Made by a program: the position numbers and the translations under genes. A DNA stretch of 64,000 nt from Eledone cirrhosa (taxonomy: Eukaryota): positions 29,636,001 through 29,700,000 of the forward strand of contig OZ024752.1 of NCBI GenBank assembly GCA_964016885.1, written 5' to 3'. Under the pieces are notes generated by a model, which saw only the letters and a list, made by a program, of their open reading frames with translations, did not search any database and had not been told where the DNA came from. Numbering within the stretch: position 1 is the first letter of the stretch; each line of letters opens with the position of its first letter. This document shows positions 57,023 to 64,000 of the stretch, one piece after another.

Positions 57023-58782
57023 AGGCGATGCACTAGATAGAGGAAACTATAGAGGTATAAAGCTGATGGACCAGGTCATGAAAGTTACAGAAAGATTTAT
57101 AGCACAGTTGATTAGGGACCGGGTGAAAATAGACGAGAAGCAATTTGGGTTTGTACCAGGAAGAGGCACCACTGATGCCCTCTTCCTTGTGAGGCAGTTA
57201 CAGGAAAAGTACCTAGCTAAAAGTAAGCCACTCTACTTGGCATTTGTAGACCTTGAGAAAGCCTTTGACAGAATTCCACGTGCTGTAATCTGGTGGGCTC
57301 TTAGAAAACTAGGAGTAGATGAATGGCTTGTGAAAGCGGTACAAGCCATGTATAGGGGAGCAGTCAGCAAAGTTAGGATTAGCAATGAGTATAGCAAGGA
57401 ATTTAGCGTACAGGTTGGGGTCCACCAGGGCTCTGTTCTTAGCCCCCTCCTGTTCATCATAGTCCTGCAGGCAATAACGGAGGGGTTTAAGACCGGATGC
57501 CCATGGGAACTCCTGTATGCTGATGACCTCGCACTCATAGCTGAATCTATGGTAGAACTAGAGAATAAATTCCAAACTTGGAAGCAGGGACTAGAAAGAA
57601 AGGGTCTCAAAGTCAACATGACAAAGACTAAGGTCCTTGTAAGTAGACGAGAAAACAGAACCCAGATCCCCTCAGGGAAATGGCCTTGCTCAGTATGTAG
57701 GAAAGGTGTAGGTAGGAACTCCATTCTCTGCCCCAAATGCAAACAATGGGTACACAAGAGATGTAGCGGGATCTCAGGAAGCTTAATTAAGAATGTAGGC
57801 TTCACATGCAGCAGCTGTGCTGAGACAGCAAGCAGCAAACAGCCACAGGAAACAAGTACCACCAATCTCTGGGAGGGCTCTGTAGAAACAGTAGACAGCT
57901 TCTGCTACCTAGGTGACCGAATTAGCAGCGGAGGTGGGTGTTCAGAAAGTACAATAACTAGGGTAAGAACGGGATGGAAGAAGTTTAGGGAACTACTGCC
58001 ACTGCTAGCTGCAAAAGGCTTCTCCCTCAGAATGAAAGGCAGACTGTATGATACGTGTATCCGAACAGCAATGTTGCATGGTAGTGAGACCTAGGTGCTG
58101 AAGGTGGAAGACTTACGTAGATTAGAGAGAAATGAAGCCTGCATGCTCCGATGGATGTGTAACAGTAATATACGTGAACGACAAAGCATAAATGAATTGA
58201 GAGAGAGACTGAGCATAAGAGGAATCAAATGCTGTGTGCAGGAGAGGCGGTTGCGCTGGTATGGACATGTGATGCGTTTGAAGGATGACAGCTGCATAAA
58301 AAGGTGCAGAGCACTAGAAGTTGATGGAAACCGCGGAGTGGGGAGACCCAAGATGACCTGGGATGAGATGATAAAAGCCGACCTTACCCAATTACACCTC
58401 TCAAAGACAATGACACACGACCGTGACCTCTGGCGTCACGCAGTAATACTGAGTACCCGACCTCCCATGGGTACAAGCTGAAGCATATAGACAATATGCC
58501 CCCACACCCCCCACCGCAAGGTGGTCGTGGAGGTGCCACAGCAAAAAAGCACCCAGCCCACACTGTAAAGTGGACGTGTAGGCGCCACGAAAAAGCACCC
58601 AGCACTCACTGTAAATGCGGTTGGTGTTAGGAAGGGCATCCAGCTGTAGAAATCAAACCAAATCAGTTCCTGTCTGAGCAAGGCATGGTCGGCCGACCAG
58701 ACACTGCCTACAACAGGACAACCCGTCTAACCCATGCTAACGTGGAAGAACGGACGTAAAACGGTGATGATAATGATGATGA
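57023..58782 (+). mobile_element. 5'-truncated RTE-clade LINE (RT + Cys/His finger + 3' UTR)
   Basis: [56 protein letters not shown] (57516-57527), FCYLG, LRWYGHVMR, GRPKMTW; 3' UTR ends in (GAT)n; flanked by TA microsatellites. Confidence 0.95.
57024..58481 (+). pseudogene. LINE ORF (reverse transcriptase) with one premature stop
   Basis: One continuous frame except TAG at 58092-58094 where Trp is expected (HGSET*); no start codon or endonuclease domain. Confidence 0.9.
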
Positions 58783-58854
58783 TATATACATATATATATA
58801 TGTATATATATATGTATATATATATATATACATATGTATATATACATATATAAC

Positions 58855-59235
58855 TATCCTCTAAATAATAATTGTTTAGTTAAAAATATAGTATACAATT
58901 GTAATGTCAAAACAAATGAAAACTCCTTTAACTACGTCGGCTCTACTTCTACAGACTTCAAATCTCGTTTTAATAACCATAAATGTTCCTTTACGAATAT
59001 TGGTAAAAAAATCTTCAACTTCTCTATCTAACTTATTATGGGACTTGAAATCCAAGAATATTAACTATTCTTTACTTTGGAAAATTATTTCCAAAGTTCC
59101 TTCATAAACTGCTTTATCCCAAAATTGCTCTCTTTGTGCTGAAGAAATATTCTTTATACTAAAAAGTAAGAACTCTATTAATTTGCGAAATAATTTATTC
59201 AGTTCCTGCAAACATCGTTTAAACTCAACTTTTAA
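58855..59235 (+). pseudogene. GIY-YIG endonuclease domain of a Penelope-like element, disrupted
   Basis: NIVY..YVG..R..H motif; frameshift in the A-run near 59005-59011 and stop at 59105-59107. Confidence 0.8.
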
Positions 59236-60486
59236 ATATATATATATAAAATGTAATATATGATATATCTCTTTTACATAATGTCTTCTATATCTATATA
59301 TGATTCATATATTTAATTTACTTTCTATTATCTCTACTTCACACATATATATACTATATACTTTATATTATTACACCTATCGATATCCTTTGAAAGATAT
59401 AGAAAATCCATTATTTTCATACCTTCCAATATTTTTATATTTTTATATTTTTATATCTTCAAACGTTTTTAATATATATATCCAAATGTTTATATATATG
59501 TGGAAAAACATGATTTTTATATATATAGTTTTTTTTTTTATATATATGTGGAATAACCTATGGTTTACGCTTTAAATATATTCTTAAGATAAATTTTTTA
59601 AATGTTTTAACTTTATAGCAAGTAAATTTATGACTTCGTATAAAATAGCATATGGTTCATATTTTAATTATATTCTTAAGATAAAAATTTTTTTAACTTT
59701 TTAACTTTATAACATTTAATCCTTAGAGTCATCTGAGTTCTTAAAAAAATCACTTCTAACTTCCCTTACACTTCCTTACTGTTTTTATAATATAACTAAG
59801 TGGTTATTCCTTTGTAAACTCTCGTAAATGTTTCATAAATTTAGAATATTTGGATGTTTAAATTTTTGACTTACAACTTTCAATAAAATAAACAATACTA
59901 GATTTGCTCTAATGTAAAATACTATATATTTATTTAAATAATTTATAATCCTTAACATACACATTTAAACTAATTATTAATATTAAATTATTAAATTAAA
60001 TCTTTAATATTAAGGTAAATTTTAATCTTTAATTTTGATTTCTAATTTTTTAATTTTAATTTAATTTAAATCTAATTTTTCAAACTATCATTATAAGTAT
60101 TATAATCAAAACGTAATGAATCCTGCATTATAAATATTATTCTTCCACGTTATTCTCATTTCTTCTCTCACTTAGATATACTTACGCTGTGAAACTCATC
60201 TCTTCATGCACTCATATATATAATCGTTCTTTCTTTCTTCTTCTATCTTTCTCCTTTCTTTTTTCTTATTTTTTTCTTTTTTTCTCTCTCCCTTACATAT
60301 CACCTTCCAACAGTTTAATTTAAATAAACCATTATCTTTTCAACCTTTCGGACACTTATTTGCATACTCACTCATAATTTTATATCACCCTCAATAAATG
60401 TACTATCTCCACTATCCAGGAAGCTCCAACTGTTAAGGTTGTCTTTTTTTCTGAGTATGTCAATATTTATCTATAAAACAAATCTG

Positions 60487-60552
60487 TATTTTATCTGATG
60501 AAAGTGCACCATAATTTGCCTTGGTTGCCCTTGAAATATGTATAATAAAATA
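60487..60552 (+). ncRNA. minimal type I hammerhead ribozyme, canonical core
   Basis: Stem I TATTTTAT/ATAAAATA; CTGATGA 60495-60501; stem II AAGTGCACC/GGTTGCCCTT; GAAA 60533-36; stem III ATA-TG-TAT; AUA triplet, predicted cleavage after 60544. Confidence 0.85.
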
Positions 60553-60684
60553 AATATGGTTTTATAAATATAGTTTCCATTTATTAATATATTGTGTATT
60601 TACTCCACTAATCTGTGAGTGCTTTATATCAATTATAAAAATGTTTAAGCTTGTTGAATCCCAACAAATTAAATATAACCTCTG

Positions 60685-60743
<59 letters not shown>

Positions 60744-60782
60744 GTATATATATACACAGGTGTGTATGATTGTGTATAGATT

Positions 60783-61038
60783 ATATTAATAAAAGGAATT
60801 CCAGCTTTGTCTGATTAACTCGTTTTATTTCAACAGTCAAGTTTGCAATTTTCAAAAATTGCAAACTTGACTGTCACCACTGAATATGAACCTGAAGATT
60901 GTGAAAGCATGAAAGTACTTGTTCAATTAACATTTAATATTTTATTCTACCATACTATTTCATTATAATATCATAATTTTAAAGGATTGTAAATAAAACG
61001 AGTTAATCAGACAAAGTTGGAATTCTTTTTATTAATAT
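60783..61038. mobile_element. ~256-bp inverted-repeat-bounded cassette carrying a hammerhead and a perfect palindrome
   Basis: atattaataaaaggaattccagctttgtctgattaactcgttttattt (60783-60830) versus aaataaaacgagttaatcagacaaagttggaattctttttattaatat (60991-61038), 2 mismatches. Confidence 0.75.
60887..60925 (+). ncRNA. minimal type I hammerhead ribozyme
   Basis: TGAAC-CTGAAGA-TTGT-GAAA-GCAT-GAAA-GTAC-TT-GTTCA: 5-bp stem I, GNRA-capped stem II with U.U mismatch at the first pair, palindromic stem III AGTACT, CUU triplet. Confidence 0.75.
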
Positions 61039-61303
61039 ATATATATATATATCTGGTTGAGCAATCTTTGAAGTGTGGGGACAGCTGGAAGGCTTCCATT
61101 ACTCATACTTCTCGACTTCTTCACCACCTCTTCTACGGCCTCGATATAAGTACCCCCTCCGCCTCCGTGGTATTTTCTTCGGGGTTATAGGAGGCTTAGC
61201 TCTGTTTCTCGACCGTTATATCGCGTGACTATCTCCCCCTCCGCCTTTTGGGATTCTTTCTCACGTCGTGTAGACGCGTTCTTGAGACTAGTAAAATGAG
61301 GTA

Positions 61304-61393
61304 TCCTCTTGATAAGTCGGCAGACCTTGCAAGGACTCTATATCTTTATGATATATTGTTTTTGTTTATGCCACGAAACTACGTAGTCGAGGA
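61304..61393 (+). ncRNA. type I hammerhead ribozyme, U3-A8 core variant
   Basis: Stem I TCCTC/GAGGA; core TTGATAA (61309-15); stem II GT(C)GGCA/TGCCAC with long extension; GAAA 61375-78; palindromic stem III ACTACGTAGT; GUC triplet, predicted cleavage after 61388. Confidence 0.8.
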
Positions 61394-61730
61394 ATTTAGG
61401 AGCAGTTTAGGTATGATACATTTTATTACTAATTATATCTAAATGTTTCTTCTCTCTTCATAATATATATATATATACATATGTATATATACATATTTGT
61501 TTTGCGAGGTTTTTGATATGTAATCCTGTGTCGAAACAAATATTGTTATACTTTTGAGGGTCATATTGTTGTAATAATATTGCCAGAAATAATAACAGAA
61601 CACACTCACTGTTTGGCTGATTTTCGCTTCTGTACATTTTATATCTCCACAGTTAATTTATTTGGTCCTCGATGTTTATCATTGACTGACCAACGGTCAA
61701 AAATACAGATGTAAATACATATATATAGTC

Positions 61731-61774
61731 TAACAAAGTTCTTTCGTTGCACATCTGCAACATCATCAGTGGTA
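61731..61774 (-). ncRNA. minimal type I hammerhead ribozyme motif (slightly degenerate)
   Basis: Minus strand: TACCA-CTGATGA-T-GTTGCA-GATG-TGCAAC-GAAA-GAAC-TT-TGTTA; perfect 6-bp stem II, one extra U after the core, one mismatch in stem I. Confidence 0.65.
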
Positions 61775-61834
61775 CTATTATGTTCCTCCTGTTGATTTGT
61801 ATGTCTACGCCAAAAATGGTGTAGACATACAATG

Positions 61835-62640
61835 CAAAATGGAGTGTACAGGGGCCATAGAAAGTAGCTCCAAAATGGAGTGTACAGGGGCCATAGAAAG
61901 TAACTCCAAAATGGAGTGTACAGGGGCCATAGGAAGTAACTCCAAAATGGAGTGTACAGGGGCCATAGAAAGTAACTCCAAAATGGAGTGTACAGGGGCC
62001 ATAGGAAGTAACTCCAAAATGGAGTGTACAGGGGCCATAGGAAGTAACTCCAAAATGGAGTGTACAGGGGCCATAGAAAGTAACTCCAAAATGGAGTGTA
62101 CAGGGGCCATAGGAAGTAACTCCAAAATGGAGTGTACAGGGGCCATAGGAAGTAACTCCAAAATGGAGTGTACAGGGGCCATAGGAAGTAACTCCAAAAT
62201 GGAGTGTACAGGGGCCATAGGAAGTAGCTCCAAAATGGAGTGTACAGGGGCCATAGAAAGTAACTCCAAAATGGAGTGTACAGGGGCCATAGGAAGTAAC
62301 TCCAAAATGGAGTGTACAGGGGCCATAGAAAGTAACTCCAAAATGGAGTGTACAGGGGCCATAGAAAGTAACTCCAAAATGGAGTGTACAGGGGCCATAG
62401 AAAGTAGCTCCAAAATGGAGTGTGCAGGGGCCATAGGAAGTAACTCCAAAATGGAGTGTACAGGGGCCATAGGAAGTAGCTCCAAAATGGAGTGTACAGG
62501 GGCCATAGGAAGTAACTCCAAAATGGAGTGTACAGGGGCCATAGGAAGTAACTCCAAAATGGAGTGTACAGGGGCCATAGGAAGTAGTTCCAAAATGGAG
62601 TGTGCAGGGGCCATAGAAAGTAACTCCAAAATGGAGTGTG
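61835..62640. repeat. 36-bp minisatellite, ~22 copies
   Basis: caaaatggagtgtacaggggccatag(a/g)aagta(a/g)ctc in tandem with no spacers. Confidence 0.98.
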
Positions 62641-62687
62641 CAAGTAAGATGAAGTTATCTGACAAGTCTAGCCTCTCTATGTGACAA

Positions 62688-62752
62688 ACTGTCTAACCCA
62701 TCACAGGAATTAGAAATAGATATTAAACAGTGATGATGATGATGATGATGAT
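62688..62752 (+). mobile_element. very short RTE-type 3' tail
   Basis: gtctaaccca...taaacagt(gat)n resembles the LINE terminus at 58724-58782. Confidence 0.5.
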
Positions 62753-62809
62753 GGTATATACATCCATCAACATTAATCTGGAATCACATCCTCACACATT
62801 TCTGTAACT

Positions 62810-62956
62810 AGAGAAAGAGAGAGAGAGAAAGAGTTAGATGGATAGAGAGAGAGAGAGAATAGAGAGAGGAGAAAGTGAAATAGATAGATAGGGATAGAGA
62901 GATAGATAGATATATATAGAGAGAGAGGTAGAGAGAGAGAGGTAGAGAGAGAGAGA
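62810..62956. repeat. (GA)n/(GATA)n microsatellite
   Basis: Direct inspection of the sequence. Confidence 0.95.
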
Positions 62957-63522
62957 CTTAAGTTCAGCATAACAAGCTATTTTATAAAATTAGATATCGT
63001 GCCTACTTCATTTTATCGGTTATTTGGTATACTTTTATATAGATTTTTTTTAAATAACTTTTATTTTAATTTTTATTCCCCATCTTTTGGTTGTGGATAT
63101 GTTTATCTTAAAGTAACAGAAATATTAGTGGAAAATATCGACAATAAAAATATATCTGCAATCATTAATGAAAGTTAATACAGAGATGATGTTTTAGTTT
63201 TTTCCCCTCGTTCCATAGAAAACTTCAGTCTGTAGTGAAATTAGATCAATTTTCTGTCAACATTAGCAAATTCTATTTGATACTGCACCAAGAAAATTAC
63301 TATTTAAAGGTGTTACTAACATAATACTTGAGATGTTGCTATAGCACTGTTTAATGAAGTCTTTATAAGCCAATGTAAACAGACCGAATCATCAATAATT
63401 GGACTGGCAAAAAAAGATAATAAAATATATTATGGATAAATTATGAAGAGAAAGGATTAAATATAAACTGCATCAGCCATTTCAATGGGGTGGGATGTGG
63501 GTGGATGGAAGTAACTGCCTGC

Positions 63523-63632
63523 TCATCATCATCATCATCATCATCATTTTACGTCAGCTTTTCCCTGCTTGCAAGGGTGGGACGGGAACTGATTCTGGCT
63601 TGATTTCTACAGCTGGATGCCCTTCCTAACCC
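63523..63632 (-). mobile_element. SINE/LINE 3' tail fragment
   Basis: Reverse complement matches 52255-52359 (gctgtagaaatcaagccagaatcagttcccgtcccacccttg.aagcagggaaaa..gacgtaaaatga(tga)n). Confidence 0.85.
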
Positions 63633-63784
63633 TTTATTTTTTTTTCAGGGGTCTCTGAGATTAGTGTGAGGAAATAAGGAAGTTATCCTTAAGTTGGAGA
63701 TCTAGCTCAAATTTTTGCAACAGAGGGATCTCTGCTAAAGGCCCTTAAGGATCAAGTAGGGATGTTAAACCAACAACTAGATTA

Positions 63785-63983
63785 TGAAGGTCGACTGAAA
63801 AGTTCATAGGCTGACCAATATACTCTCATGGAATGAGCAAATGAGGTTTATTTTTCTACATAGTCCCCGGAAAGAAACCATGCAGTTATTAATAAGAAAG
63901 AGTTGAAATTAATGCATGCTAGATTTCCCAGCTCTAACATCACCCCTTCATAGTCAACCTATGAACTTTTCAGACAATCCTCA
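63785..63983. mobile_element. mariner-type MITE (~199 bp)
   Basis: TA|tgaaggtcgactgaaaagttcataggctgac ... gtcaacctatgaacttttcagacaatcctca|TA: 31-bp TIRs, 26/31 identical, TA target duplication. Confidence 0.85.
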
Positions 63984-64000
63984 TAAGTCTACCACCCAAG

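Larger units (their letters stand above)
58850..60690 (+). mobile_element. Penelope-like element 3' remnant (GIY-YIG endonuclease + AT-rich pLTR with hammerhead)
   Basis: YPLNNNCLVKNIVYNC..YVGSTSTDFKSRFNNHKCSF / STSLSNLLWDLKSKNINYSLLWKII..CSLCAEE..CKHR; hammerhead at 60487-60552; TA microsatellites on both sides. Confidence 0.8.

Noticed and set aside
51351-57033. H/T-, Y/I- and C/V-rich ORFs, including the N-terminus of ORF 56727-58094
   Set aside because: Translations of (CA)n, (TA)n and (AAT)n microsatellites.
57233-58681. Minus-strand ORFs over the LINE
   Set aside because: Antisense shadows of the RT frame and 3' UTR.
61500-61550. GAAACAAATATTGTTA as a hammerhead stem III
   Set aside because: No convincing upstream core or stem II.
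61835-62640. CRISPR array (36-bp repeats)
   Set aside because: Units are contiguous with no unique spacers, no cas genes, and the context is eukaryotic.
61639-62684. ORFs MECTGAIESNSK / LWPLYTPFWSYF / MAPVHSILELL as proteins
   Set aside because: Translations of the 36-bp minisatellite in three frames; no non-repeat domain or splice evidence.

Overview
Repeat-rich eukaryotic DNA, probably from an octopus or other cephalopod (inferred from the SINE types and dense TA/CA/AAT microsatellites). Positions 1-~49,700 are one uninterrupted head-to-tail 69-bp satellite of about 720 units that runs off the left edge. It contains nested higher-order duplications and zones where single variants dominate. 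The giant ORFs in the track exist because the unit is 23 codons long and stop-free in 5 of 6 frames. However, the diverged edge unit differs from the consensus by synonymous changes and in-frame indels in the minus-strand GELDSRKSSEKNPSPSPSKCFGL frame, which hints at a protein-coding origin. The last ~14 kb is transposon debris: a 5'-truncated RTE-clade LINE with RT and Cys/His finger, other RTE fragments, tRNA-derived SINEs, three TIR MITEs, a Penelope-like GIY-YIG remnant and a 36-bp minisatellite. The most notable signal is six sequence-unrelated type I hammerhead ribozyme motifs, found by eye between 50.9 and 61.8 kb. They have very short, mostly palindromic stem III helices. Two carry the compensatory U3-A8 core, and two sit in small cassettes bounded by ~50-bp inverted repeats. 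No intact host gene was recognised.
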